A stretch of DNA of 64,000 nucleotides from Octopus vulgaris (Eukaryota): positions 106,268,001-106,332,000 of the forward strand of contig OX597814.1 of the NCBI GenBank assembly GCA_951406725.2. The letters are read 5' to 3'. Under the pieces are notes generated by a model. That model did not search any database and had not been told where the DNA came from. It saw only the letters and a program-made list of their open reading frames with translations. Each line of letters begins with the position of its first letter. The first letter of the stretch is position 1. Both the position numbers and the translations under genes were made by a program. Positions 38,642 through 53,649 of this stretch are shown one piece after another.

Positions 38642-41600
38642 CAGTAGTTTTATTTTTTATAGCGTGCTTTCACTTCACTACCGGGCGCAGCTCTGTGTAC
38701 CGTGGGTATGTGCTGTGATTTGTTGTGATGCACTGATGGTTATTGTATGAAAAGTGTTCTGCGTAGGATGTGTGCAGTGCCTAGTAGTGCAATTTTCTGT
38801 ATGTTATATGTGTTTGTAAGTCCTGGTGTTTTTGTTATGTATTTGTCTGAATATTTTTTTATCATGCCTAATGCACCTACTATGATAGGAATTGTTTCTG
38901 TTTTTAGATTCCACATTCTGGTTACCCCTATTTCCAGGTCATTGTATTTTGAAAGTTTCTCCATTTCTTTTAGAGACACGTTGTCATCTGCCGGTATTGA
39001 TACATCAATTAGAAAGCATTTTTTTCTTCATGATCTCTGACAACTATATCTGGTCTGTTGGCCTTAATTTTCTATCTGTGTGTATCGGCATATCCCAGAG
39101 CATGGTTGCTTTCTCGTTTTTTGTGACCTTTTCTGGTGTGTGCCTATACCATCTTTTTTCTGTTGTTATTCCATAATGTTGGCATAGCTTCCAGTGTATG
39201 TAGGTTCCAACTCTGTCATGTCTGTGAATATATTCCTTCTTAGCGAGGACTGGGCAGCCAGAGATAATATGATTTATTGTTTCTTGTCCATCTCCACATA
39301 TTCTGCAGTTACTTGTTATATTTCTTTTCATTACATGTTTTTGGCAATTCCTGGTGGGGAGGCTTTGGTCTTGTGCTGCAATTAAAAATCCCTCTGTCTC
39401 TGCTTTGAGTCCTGAGCTTCTCAACCATTGCTGGGATTTTTCTTTGTCTATTTCTTTTGCGTTTAGTTTAGTCCAGTATTTACCATGAAGGACTTTTCTT
39501 GTCATCGTTTTATCATGGTTCTTTGCTGTTCTAGTTTTAGTTTGGATTTCATTTGTTTTATAGCTTTTGTTGTTTCTTCATCTTCTTCTTCTTCTTCTTC
39601 TTCTTCATATCTATTAGGTGGTATGATTTCTTGTTTGTATTTGTCAGCTTCCTTAAATACTGAGAACAGTTTTTTGTTTTCCTCGTGTTTTGCCGCTATT
39701 TGTATCAGTTTTCCTTCCTTCTGAAGTAGATATTTTTGCAGTCCTATGGTGGTTATTTTATAGTAGTTTTCCAGCTGTATAAGGCCTCTACCACCTTCTA
39801 TACTTTGTATATATAGTCTTTCTATGTCAGATTTTAGGTGATGCATCCTAGATCCTGTCATTATTTTTCTTGTTTTCCTATCTATTTTGGTCAGTTCATT
39901 TAGTGTCCAGTTAAGGATATTGTAGCTGTAACTTATAACTGGGACAGCTAAAGTGTTAATACCTATTATCTTGTTTTTAGCATTGAGCTCTGTTTTTAGT
40001 ATTGATCTAACTTGTCTATAATATTCTTTTTTATTTTCTCTTTCATTTGTGTATGTTGTGTCTTATCTAGTTCATGGATTCCTAAGTATTTGTAAGTTTG
40101 GCTTTGGTCTAATTCTTTTATTTCATTGGTTTTATCTAGTGTGATGTTGTACTCTTAACTAGTTTTCCTCTTTTCATGGTTACTTTGGCGCATTTGTCGA
40201 ATCCAAATTTCATATCTATTTCTTTGGTAAATCCATGAACTGTCTTTAATAGTGTTTCCAGCTGTTTGTCATTTGCAGCGTATAGTTTTAGGTCATCAAT
40301 ATATAAAAGGTGGCTGATCGTTTTGCCGTAACATTTATATCTGCATCCAGTTCTATTTAGAATATCAGATAGAGGTGACAGTGCCAAGCAGAAAAGGAGT
40401 GGAGAGAGCGTGTCTCCCTGGAATATTCCTCTTCTAATGGGGATGGCTTTGGTTTTCACGAGTCCCTCTTTTGTTTGGAGCTGTAGCACTGTTTGCCATT
40501 TATTCATAGAGTGCCCAATGCATTTTATAATTGTTGGTGCTACTTTGTTAATGGCTAGTGTTTCGGGGATCCATGTGTGGGGGATGCTATCAAACGCCCT
40601 ATTGTAGTTGATCCAGGCCATACGTTTATATCGATTGGGACAGTCATATCAATGAGGAGGCATGTTCTTTGTCTGAAGTCTTTCATTATGATTTCTGGCC
40701 TATTTGCATCTATCTTTCTGTCAGTTTGAATGATGAAGTTCCAGATGAGTGAGATGTGGTCATTTTCAAGCACTGGAGCTGGTTTGTGTTCCCACCAGTT
40801 TTTTTCATGGTGCAAATCCAGGTTTTTTTCAGATTACCTAGTGAATATATTGTGCAGCTCTATCATACATGTTGAGATACTCTGTAGGCGCTAGAAGACT
40901 GCACTTGGAGACAACATGATCAATGGCTTCATTTTGTTGTTGACATACACATGTTGGGCTACTGCCGTTCTTTAATATGTTGACCTGGTAGTTCCTTGTT
41001 GGTAGGCATTGATCTTGATCTGTTATGATAAACCCTTCTGTTTCAGATTTTATGCCAGAGGCCATTAGCCATTGATGGGTCAGGGCTTTGTCAACATCTG
41101 CATTATTCGCTCTCTTTGGGTATTTGCCATAGAGAGGTTTTTCTTGCCATTTATCATTCAGTATATCTAAGGCAGCAGTTTTAGCACGGGTTTTCATGCG
41201 TTTAGCTTTTTCTGTGCTTGTTTCTTGTATGTCTAATTCCGAAATTTGTTGTACTCGGAATTCACTTAGATTTTTCTTTGCCTGTTTTGTTACTGAGTAT
41301 GATGCTTTCTTGTTTTCATGTTTTGAGACAAGTTTTAACATCCAGTCCTCAGAGTTTTTCAGGTAGGTGTCTAGGCCAATTGTAGCAATCTTCATTGTTA
41401 TTGCCAGTTGTAAAAGTCCACGGCCTCCCTCTTTTCTTGTCAGATAAAGTCGTTCTATATCTACCTTAGTGTGGTGCATTCTATGCATTGTCAACAGTTT
41501 TCTTATTTTTCTGTCAAGATTACATATTTCAGTATTTGACCAGTTAACGATATTGAAACTGTAAGTCACGACTGGTATGGCTAAAGCATTGATCGCTTCG

Positions 41601-41676
41601 ATCCTGCTTCTCGAATTCAGCTCTGTCTTGAGTATTGCTCTTACTCTGCGATAACATTCTCTCCTGATCCCTTCCG

Positions 41677-41678
<2 letters not shown>
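38642..41678 (-). mobile_element. Chimeric R4/Dong LINE: family B (5'-truncated) fused to family A RT through 3' end
   Basis: Family B part reads ECYRRVRAILKTEL...CVCQQQNEAIDHVVSKC...RPEI. The junction is at 40620-40623. Family A part reads AWINYNRAFDS...CRICGDGQETINHIISGC...HRHD...IPIIVGALG. Confidence 0.92.
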
Positions 41679-41773
<95 letters not shown>

Positions 41774-41804
41774 CATTATTATTATTATTATGATGATGAT
41801 GATG

Positions 41805-41867
<63 letters not shown>

Positions 41868-41868
41868 T
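41678..41868. repeat. (ATT)n microsatellite
   Basis: Direct inspection. Confidence 0.97.
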
Positions 41869-42666
41869 GACGAACATTTCCTCTACGAATGTGCACCGCC
41901 CTAGGATAGCTTCGGCAGTTTCGTAACTCCTGAAAATCTTATTTAATATGTTTATCCGTTGCTGGGTTTCCCTTTACACCATAGTGATAACTATTTGTTT
42001 TCTTTCATTGAATTTGTTCGTCATAAACTGAATTATTCAAGTTACCAGGACCCTAAATCTTCTAGCTTGCTTCCCGATATTTGCGAACCTTTTTCTTGTA
42101 CAATCTCATATAACTGGTTAAACAGAGACCTTTAATTTTTTTCTGCTTCTATTCTACAGAAAACATTCATGATAAATTCAATTTGTTGTTTTAAACATGA
42201 TTCCCTCAATGAACAGGCGGGAAGGTTTGTATAGAATATCTGATATTTACTGCTTTCTTTACTTCTGCAAATAGGTTGAGTTTTTCTATGAAATAATAAT
42301 GAGTCATCCTGTCAGAGTGTCAAAATCAATAGCTCCAATCAGCCAAATATAATTAGTCGCCATTTTAATCTCGGAAAAAGGGAACCAAACTTATTTCCCT
42401 CTCTAGTATTCCCCGTCCCTTTCTATATATGCTTGCCTGTTGGCCTTCGCGCCCCATCTACTCTTTTCTCTCTCTCTCTCCCTCCATTCCCACCTCCCTC
42501 TCCCTCACCACCTTTCCTCTTCCCCCTTCCCTTCCCCTCTCTCTGTTTATATTTATCTCCATCTGTCCTTTGCAATATGCGTTGTTTTTTACTCCCTAGA
42601 TTAAAATTTTAAGATATTACGTTAATTGGAACAATATTATCATGCAGCATCCAAATACATTTGCAA

Positions 42667-42734
42667 ATCATCATTATTATTATTATTATAATTATTATTA
42701 CTATTATTATTATTATTATTATTATTGTCATTAC

Positions 42735-42767
<33 letters not shown>

Positions 42768-42795
42768 CATCATCATCATCATCATAATCATCATC

Positions 42796-42880
<85 letters not shown>

Positions 42881-42945
42881 TCGTCATCATCATCATCATC
42901 ATCATCATCATTATTATTACCATTATTGCTATTGTTGTTATTGTT
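42667..42945. repeat. Compound (ATT)/(ATC)/(AGT)n microsatellite
   Basis: Direct inspection. Confidence 0.95.
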
Positions 42946-43560
42946 GCCATAAGTCTTGTTGATGTTGTCGTCGTCGTCAGCGGCGTCCAATGTGTGCTTC
43001 ATGGCTAACTTATTGATTGAAGAGTATGCTATAGAATTTCGAACCATTGTGTAGAATTTAGAAATGGATGCAAATCTTTCTATGACAAAGTGTTATTCCT
43101 ACCCATAAGAATATTGTACGATATAGATTCGGTACATTGGAATAAATCTGCAGATTATAAAGGATTATCTCTCAGCGATAGAATCGCCCATAATTCTGCG
43201 ATTAACACTTGTTTCTTAAGACAGACGTGTTCACGACTCCCGTAGGAATAAAATGGTTTCAGAGAAATTTGAGATCGGAATAAAGAAAGAAATAAGATTC
43301 TTTGAAGATGTTTAATGTAACAGTTTCCTGTCTCTGTTTTGATTCGATCAGGAATGTTCGAAAGGAAGAATTGTTTTAGATTTCAGAAATTGAACTCTAT
43401 CGATGCGTTCAGTTGGGTTTCCAAGAAAACGGAATAAAATTATTCTTTATTAATTCATTCTTCACAAAGACTGAATAAAATTATTTCAATGATCCTTGTC
43501 TTGCAATTCCTCAGTTTTTAACCTCTAATCATAAACGGAAACTCGAGGTATCGCCTTGGA

Positions 43561-43653
<93 letters not shown>

Positions 43654-43745
43654 TACACATATATACATATAAATATATACACACACACACGTATATATAT
43701 ATACATACATATACATACATATAAGTGTGTGGGTACATACATTTA

Positions 43746-43793
<48 letters not shown>

Positions 43794-43818
43794 CATATAT
43801 ATATATATATGTATACGT

Positions 43819-43882
<64 letters not shown>

Positions 43883-44122
43883 GGAGAGAGAGAATGAGAG
43901 AGGGACAAACAGACAGAGGGATCTGTGTGTTTACGTATGTATGATGTATGTATGTATGCAGCGTGTTTATTGAATTGTAATGGAAATCAGGAGAGAAACA
44001 GCAAGGAAATAGACTTTCCTATGAATTGAACAATTTTAGGTTTATTCGATGCAAGAAATAAAAATCATGTTTTTACTTTTCTGCCAAGTCTGCTGCTGAT
44101 GCTACAGATGTTGCTGCTGCTG

Positions 44123-44163
<41 letters not shown>

Positions 44164-45134
44164 GCTTCAAGATATTATGTTTAGTGTTGAACATATTAGC
44201 ATCTCATATCTGTGCCTCATCTGTATTCCTTGCATCAAACTGAAGAAAAAAAATATTCATATATGCGTATATGTGTGTGTGTATATGTGTATGTGTGTCT
44301 GTCTGTCTGTCGGTGCCTGTGTCTGTGTCTGTCTGTGTGTATGTGTGCGTGTATATTCTCACACGCATTAATATTGTTAATTTGGAAATATCACTTCAAT
44401 GCCGTTACCTCTCTTGTAGAATGTCCTGTGAACGCTAAATTCATTACTGTACTTGGCTATTGGAACCAGTTGCCCCAACATTGAAATTAAACCATCTTGA
44501 ATATATTCTGTACACATTGAGACGTAATACAGAAATTGTGAAATACTTAAAAAAAACACAGCGATGAATTGCTGCTGTCGATAAAATATGACTCTGGTTG
44601 TTCCGAAGAAATACACTTAATATTCACTATTTCATTAGATATTATCAGCCATCAGATTAATAATAATAATCTATGTTTATAATGCTGCTTCCTCTAGACT
44701 ATAATAAACCCCTGTTTCTCGAATACACTTCTGTATTATATGTGTTTAGGGAATGGAACTACACTCCTTAATTGTGGAGACTTTAATGTGCAAATTGGTA
44801 TCAAACCATTTAGCAGGGATGGTTCTTTCATTGAAACTGTGTTGGTGTTGAGTGTGAGAATGTCTGTGACAATATTGTAAGTCTATTCCGGGTGGCTCCA
44901 GGAAAACTTTCTTCTGATTTCATAGAAAAACACTTTTGCTCTGCACTACGGAATGTGCTAAGGCCTGTGTATATTGGCCGTTGGTAGGTATTTAAACCGC
45001 GAAACTTTTCCTAATTTTGACAAATCGCATTGTTTGTTTTCAACGCTGAGAGTATAGTCCTTAACATTTGCAATTTGGGGAACTGCAAATTCGCACATAA
45101 AGTAGCTGATGGAATACATAATAAAATGGATTCT

Positions 45135-45482
45135 TTTATTCGGTCATGCTGAAGCACCACCTTTAGTCGAACAAATCGACCCCAGGACTTTCTCTTTGTA
45201 AGCCTAGTACTTATTCTATCGGTCTCTTTTGCCGAACCGCTAAGTTACAGAGACGTAAACACACCAGCATCGGTTGTCAAGTGATATTGGGGAGACACAC
45301 ACATACACACACACACATATATATATGTACGATGCACTTCTTTCAGTTTCCATCAACCAAATCTACTCACAAGGCTTTGAACTGCCCGAGGCTATAGTAG
45401 GAGACACTTGCCAAAGGTGCCACGCGGTGGGACTGAACTCGGAACGATGTGGTTTGAAAGCAAGCTACTTACCACACAGCCA
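45135..45482 (-). mobile_element. Microsatellite-containing SINE
   Basis: Reverse complement of 61727-62202, with eroded ends. Confidence 0.85.
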
Positions 45483-46014
45483 CCAAATTTTAAACATGGA
45501 ATACAAATTCCCCATCGAGTAATCCCAATAAACAATCGGTAACAGATGAGTGAGTATTGTAGGCGAGACCGAGAAATGTTTTGGGATTGCGAATAAGCTT
45601 CATCTTTGAGTTTGTGTTGCTCAAATGTATTACTAGATATGTCGGAGACCAACAAAGATGGAAACACGGGTGTTAGACTTTCAGCAAGAGAAAACGCTAA
45701 GTGTAAAGAAATGCAGCCAACACACAGTCATTCAAGTTCCTCGGTAAGACAGCTGTAAGTTTTATTCTGTCAATTTGAATGATAGCTTTGCTGGTGAAAT
45801 ATGTTTCATGTGGAAGTGTACCGAATGTTTGGCAGTTTTAGTGGCAAGAAAAGGGTGAATAACATACGATGACAGGTTGAAGAGTAAATTGAGATGAGTT
45901 GTCAGAATTGAGAAAATAAAAGAAATTTTGAATAAGGAGAGGAGTCACGGGCAACAGTTGAAGATTGTTGAATGTTTAATGTTGAGTTACAGAGGTAATT
46001 CATTACATACTTAT

Positions 46015-46038
46015 ATTGTATATGTATACATATATATA

Positions 46039-46078
<40 letters not shown>

Positions 46079-46338
46079 TATACATATATGTATATGTGTG
46101 TGTGTATGTATATACACATAAACATATACAAATATATACATAATATATAGTTATATACATATGCGTAAGATCTGTATATAGGCATATATATATGTGTGTG
46201 TGTGTATAGGTATATATGTATGCATGTATATATGTATATATATATATATGTATATTTGTATATATGTATATACAAATACATATATATGTATGTATATATA
46301 CATATATATATGTATATATATATATATCTGTATATATG

Positions 46339-46369
<31 letters not shown>

Positions 46370-46635
46370 GTATATTTGTATATATGTATATACAAATGCA
46401 TATATATGTGTGTATATATAAATATATATTTATATATAATGTATATATATGTATATATATATATCTGTATATATATATATATATATATATAAATATATAT
46501 AAACACAAATGTATATATGTGAGTATATATACATGCATGCATGCATACCGCCCTACCTACATACATGCTTACATTCATACATACATACATACACACATAC
46601 ACACATACATACATACATATATACATACATACATT
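46015..46635. repeat. Long degenerate (TA)/(CATA)n tract
   Basis: Direct inspection. Confidence 0.95.
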
Positions 46636-46951
46636 ATTCCCTAAGTCTATCTCGCAACATATTTGTCATGTTCCTACTCAGAGAATTATGTTGACGTCTG
46701 GATTTTGTAACCTCTGAGGAATGATGAGGGTGGGTCGAATGCAGAGCCGATTCCTGATCCTCGACTGGCGATGATCGACACTTTGGTACAAAATGCAGGA
46801 AGTTGATAAAATATTCAAAGAACCCAAATACACCGGAATTGATTTCCGTCACCTCTTTTGTCATTTCATAATTTTGATGGATATTTTCATGGAATGTCGA
46901 CTAAATACCTTTGAAGAACAACACCTGGATTCCGGGTAAATATAACCTACA

Positions 46952-47004
<53 letters not shown>

Positions 47005-47129
47005 ACGCACACGCACACACACTCGCACGCACGCACCCAAACGCACAAATACACCAAGAACCACATAGACATAAAACACACCTAGAGAGGCGTGCAGCAT
47101 GAACACACATACTCGTATAAATGCTTAGA

Positions 47130-47160
<31 letters not shown>

Positions 47161-47270
47161 GGCCTGCTCGCTTAGCCAGTGGGGTGGCGTCATTCAAAGG
47201 CTAAAACAATGCGAACGCATTGTGACCAGCGATGTGTAACAACATCTGATGGTCTGGTCGGTCACGTGAT

Positions 47271-47278
<8 letters not shown>
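47161..47278 (+). mobile_element. Isolated SINE/LINE 3' end between (TA)n tracts
   Basis: Matches the 3' part of 1103-1395 (GGCCTGCTCG...GCATTGTGACC). Confidence 0.75.
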
Positions 47279-47303
<25 letters not shown>

Positions 47304-47385
47304 CGACCTCGAACCCACAAGTGTGCAAATATTCCTTTAAAAAAACATTTCTTTTAATTTTTCAAATTTAATTATTTAATCGTTA

Positions 47386-47423
47386 CAGTTGAAAAGGTCT
47401 CAAAATGACTGAAACCGGTACTG
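47386..47423 (+). ncRNA. Minimal hammerhead motif with U3-A8 core covariation
   Basis: Reads CAG-TTGAAAA-GGTC-TCAAAAT-GACT-GAAA-CCGG-TA-CTG, with palindromic stem III ACCGGT and triplet GUA. Confidence 0.65.
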
Positions 47424-47473
47424 AAATGTTCTTTATAAAATTATTTTAGCATTTTCTATTTTGACTTATTTTT

Positions 47474-47587
<114 letters not shown>

Positions 47588-48061
47588 GTAATGTATGTAT
47601 GTATGTATGTATGTATGTATGTATGTATGTATGTATGTATGTATGTATGTATGTATGTATTCATAGATCTATAAATTATATGAACACGTGTTTCTGTTTT
47701 TATGGCCATGCATTCTCTTTGATTCCTTCTGGATAAAAAATGTGAAAATAGTTTAGCAAACTTAGACTATGGACTTAAAAGTTGCTAGCAATGCCTTCCT
47801 TTGAAACATTAGCGACTTACAAATATATTATAACCACACAATTTCTTGATATCTTCAACCATGTATCAAGAATTGGTGTCGCCTTACAAGAAATAACAGC
47901 CAAATCTTTCGCAAAGTACTTCTAACTTCCGAGAGATGAAGATGATACATTGGATACACCATGCTCTCATTTATTTATGTATGTATGTATGTATGTATGT
48001 ATGTATGTATGTATGTATGTATGTATGTATATATGTATGTATTTATGCATGTATGTATGTA

Positions 48062-48097
<36 letters not shown>

Positions 48098-48102
48098 TGT
48101 AT

Positions 48103-48896
<794 letters not shown>

Positions 48897-49050
48897 GGGA
48901 ATAAAGAAAATTCATTTATACTTTTACGACATTAAAAAACGGATTTCTTTCTGTTTTTGTACGTATTTCAAAAACTTATGGACTAAACTGGTTTTGAAAG
49001 TTCGCGGCACAAATAATAGCACACAAGCTCCTCATTTTCTCACCTCTCTT

Positions 49051-49100
<50 letters not shown>

Positions 49101-49150
49101 CTCTACTCTCTCTGCTCTCTCAGTGACACACACACACATTCCCTCTCTCA

Positions 49151-49182
<32 letters not shown>

Positions 49183-49766
49183 TTCTCTCTTTGTACATCA
49201 CTTCAATCAATTAATTTTCCAGAATCACCATATATAGATGTCTAATACATTTTCAGTAGAAGAAAATAATTATTCGGACATTAGATATTCGAAGGTGTAT
49301 ACTATTTATACATTGCTATGAATTTACACTCATAACAGCCAGTTTATGATACGGAACGGTTTCATGATGCAGAATCTTCTATTCAACCGTGTCCGATGAT
49401 TGTTAATTATTTCAACGTCTCCAGACTTGGTAGCTTCGTGAACACAATACATTCGGAAACATGAAGTGGCTGTTGTGCAACTAAATTTGTTATGCCATAT
49501 AAATATGGGGGGGGGGGAGGCGTGTGTGTATGTGTGTGTAATTTCAATGCTACGAAAAAGAATTATTTCTTGTTCTTGTCTCGAAGCTTCTACATTGTTA
49601 TGTCTTCAGCAATATTAGTTATTATATACGTATATATTTGTGTGTGTGCGTATGTCGTCAGCAATATAGGTGATTAGGGAAATGGTGACCTATCTGGCTG
49701 CCATTTCTAGCATTTTCGGTATGTGGTTTTGAGCAACTTGTTGCAATTAACCCTTTATTATAATTA

Positions 49767-49869
<103 letters not shown>

Positions 49870-50069
49870 GAGATTCAGATGAATATGGTACTTAAGTTGA
49901 GGCACCAGAATTTATCCATACAATTTCAAAGTAAGGTGATAAAACAAAACAAAAATATTTATATCGTGGTTTATGTTTTGGTTTTTGTCACTGTTTGAGT
50001 TGCATAATAGTGCTAATTTATATTTTATATATTTATATAAGAAGCAAACTTCTGGGTGAATGTAGGTAG

Positions 50070-51102
50070 ATCATTTGGGATGAGGCGAAAATGAGCCATA
50101 AGGTTTCCTTTGGAGCTCTTGACATGTCCCTTCAGGATTGGAGACACAACACATGGCTCATGGGAGGTGCCACAGTCTTGCTTGCAGAAAACTTTACACA
50201 AACCCTTTCTGTGGTTCCAAAGGGGACAAGAGCTGATGAAATAAATGCCAGCATAAAGTCGTCCTTCCAATGGAGCAGAGTGCAAAAGCTAAGACTCACA
50301 ACCAATATGAAAATGCAGCTCAGTGGTGATGATGAACCTTTTCAAAACAACTGTTGGACGTCGGTAATGGCACTTCGGTTGGCGAGAAGGATGGCTGAGT
50401 AAACTTGCCTTTTGGACATATGGTGTCGGATTCAAAGGAACTAATGAATAAGATGTTTCCTAACCTGAAGTATCAGTTTACAGACCACAATTGGTTGAAA
50501 AATTGTGCCATTTAAGCACCAAAGAATGAGACAGTTGATGGTTTAAACATACTTTTCGAACAGTTGCCAGGTGAGTCTCACATCTACAATTCCATTGATG
50601 CTGTACTCAACATCGATGAAGCTGTGAATTATCCAGTTAAATTCTTGAATAGTCTAATATCACCTGGCATTCAACCTCACAACTTGCACCTCAAGATTGG
50701 AACACCAGTTATGCTGCTTCAAAACCTATATCCACCAAAGCTTTGCACTAGCACACGACTTATAATAAAGAATTTGATGCAACAGTCTTTGAGACAACAA
50801 TTTTGACTGGTAAAGCAAGCGGTGAGCCTGTATTCATTCCTAGAATTCCACTTATTCCCTCGGATATGCCTTTCCAGTACAAGTGCCTGCAATCCTTGTT
50901 GAAACTGAGCTTTGCAATGAGCATTAACAAGGCCCAGGGACAGTCTTTTGATGTGGTAGATCTGAACCTTGCGTAACCAGTTTTCTCCTATGGTCAACAT
51001 TATGTAGGGTGCTCAAAAGTCGGCAATGCTAATCATTTGTTTATTTATGCCCCACAAGGAAAGACCAAAAATGTTGTTTATCAAGAAGCTCTGCAGATTT
51101 AA
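50070..51102 (+). pseudogene. Helitron Rep/Hel PIF1-like helicase C-terminal remnant
   Basis: MGGATVLLA.NFTQTLSVVPKGTRADE, LRLTTNM, APKNETVD, KFLNSL...PHNLHLKIGTPVMLLQNL, IPRIPLIPSD, FAMSINKAQGQS, GKTKNVVYQEAL, broken by frameshifts and stops. Confidence 0.92.
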
Positions 51103-51774
51103 TAAGATTCACCAAATCATCAGGTACTTATTATTTAACTGTAATATTTGTAATTGTTCTAAATGTATTGATAATCTACATGTTATTTTATTTTTAAATC
51201 TATATGCAAATTTATTTGTATGTCTACTATAAAAACTAAATGTCAGCCTCTTTCTACATTCATTGTAAATCTATTTCAACACTAACGTTTCTAAGGGTTA
51301 TATTCTCTGGGAATGCACACAATCTCTTTTCAGAGTTATTCACTTTGAATTGTTATTATCTAATATCTGATTATCCTATTATTACATAACATGCTTTTAG
51401 TATTCATATCTTATTGGTATTTCCTTATTGATATTAACACGATTTTATTATAAATTCCTTATTGGTATTTCCTCCTAAGTTCTATAAACTCTGGGGACGC
51501 ATTAAACCCATTTTCGGGGTTACTTTATTTGAATTCTTACTATCAGGTAACTAATTTCAAGTTATTACGTAACTGGCTTCACAATTTGGTTATTCATAAC
51601 TGATTGGGAATTCCTAAAAACAAGAGATCCTGTGTAAGACAGTTTCGTATTCTCTGTAAATGCACAAAAACCGTTTTAAGGGCTACATACTTTGTATTGT
51701 TGTTACTGGATTAGCGAAACATTTATGAGAATGGAACCAAGGGATAAGCCCCACTTTCCCGGGAATTACCGGGT

Positions 51775-52033
51775 ACGTCGTATATGTGTGTGTGTCTATG
51801 TGTATGTCTGTTTGTGTGTGTATGTGTGTGTGTCCATTTGTGTGTATGTGTGTATGTGTTTGTTCCCCTCCATCGCTTGACGACCGATGCTGGTGTGTTT
51901 ATGTTCCCGTAACTTAGCGGTTTGGCAACAGATATCGATAGAATAAGTCCTGGGATCGATTTGTTCGACTAAAAGCGGTGCTCCAGCATGGTTGCAGTCA
52001 AATGACTGAAACACGTAAAAGGATAAAAGAAAA

Positions 52034-52035
<2 letters not shown>
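51775..52035 (+). mobile_element. 3' part of a microsatellite-containing SINE
   Basis: Matches 61890-62202. Confidence 0.8.
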
Positions 52036-52073
<38 letters not shown>

Positions 52074-52650
52074 TTATATGTAATTATGTGCATAATATAT
52101 ATTGTACACAACAAATTTCTTAAAATATGATGAAGAATTTTGAAAGGGATTCTTAGATGCCCCCACATATATTCCATCCTTATGATCAAAGGTACACACA
52201 CATACATGTTCTCCCGCACGCACGCACACACACATACAGTAATATACATACATATACATATATATGAAGAGAGACAATCTGGCCTCTTTTCTTCTCTTAC
52301 AACATTGATTCTGAATATTTCATGGTTAGTCAAGGTACAGTTTCTTATTTCATCTCTGCAACATCTGTTTTAAATTCCAGTGGCCACCCAACAAGAGCTG
52401 GATTAATCATTTGGAAGTAGAAACAGTCAGGATTATGGCGAAATGAATAGTAATATTGTATGGTCGGGTGGGATGCCGGACGGGGGAGATTGTTATCACC
52501 GGTGAGTTTTTAAGTGAAATAAATATTAGAGCCAGCAGTTACTATGTTTCAATACAAATAGTGAATTGTTTATTGTATTTGCGAAGGAAGTAGCATGGTG
52601 TTTTTCTTTACGACAGATGTATGCATATATAAATGTGTATAAATATAAAT

Positions 52651-52681
<31 letters not shown>

Positions 52682-52686
52682 TACAT

Positions 52687-52770
<84 letters not shown>

Positions 52771-52938
52771 GTTGATAGATAGGTAAGTAGATCATTTTTC
52801 TAGATAAAAAGATATGGATTCATATATGTATATGTATATATAAATACACACAAATATGTATGTATAATTTGCGTTGTATCTATAGTTAGATATACATATA
52901 CATATATATGCACTTTCCTACATCCATTCACGCACACA

Positions 52939-52997
<59 letters not shown>

Positions 52998-53649
52998 ATG
53001 TATGTATGTATGTATGTATGATTTGCCATGTTTACACACACACACACACACACAAATGTACGTCTATATAAGTATATACGTATGTGATTGTGTGTGTGTA
53101 TGTGTGTGTATGTGTATGTGTGTGTGTATGTGTATATTTTTGTGTGTATAGTACAAATCGAAACTTGGATACGTTAAACGGAAATGGCAAAGGAACGTAA
53201 CTTTCTCATCCGCCATGGCGATCAAAACCGGCGTAGTTTCGGCGCGTTTTTAGTCAAAGAACATTAAATTCCATGACAGTACTTCTGTAGTCGCACCAAT
53301 GATGGCTGATGTGATGGACGTACAAAGGTTAAATATGGATGGCAGCAGCTTATAAACAATGCGTAAAACTTTTGAGGGCACAAGGCGAGTAGTTTGGGAG
53401 CAGAGGTCAAGTCGATTACATCGATCCCGCTGTTCAACTGGTACGTATTTTATTCATCCGGAAAGGAAGACAGGTAACGTTGATACTGGTGGTATTTGAA
53501 CCCAGAATGTCAAGTCAGAAAAATGCCACTCTTCCTTTTTTCCAGTGTGGTAACGATTCTGCCATCTCGCCGTCATATTATGATAAAATATGAAATATGT
53601 ATTGAATATAGCACGGACAATTCTGTCACTCATTAAATAATTTTAGTGG

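Noticed and set aside
50091-51102. Host PIF1 helicase gene
   Set aside because: It is intronless, has multiple frameshifts and stops, and carries Helitron-type motifs, so it is a transposon remnant.
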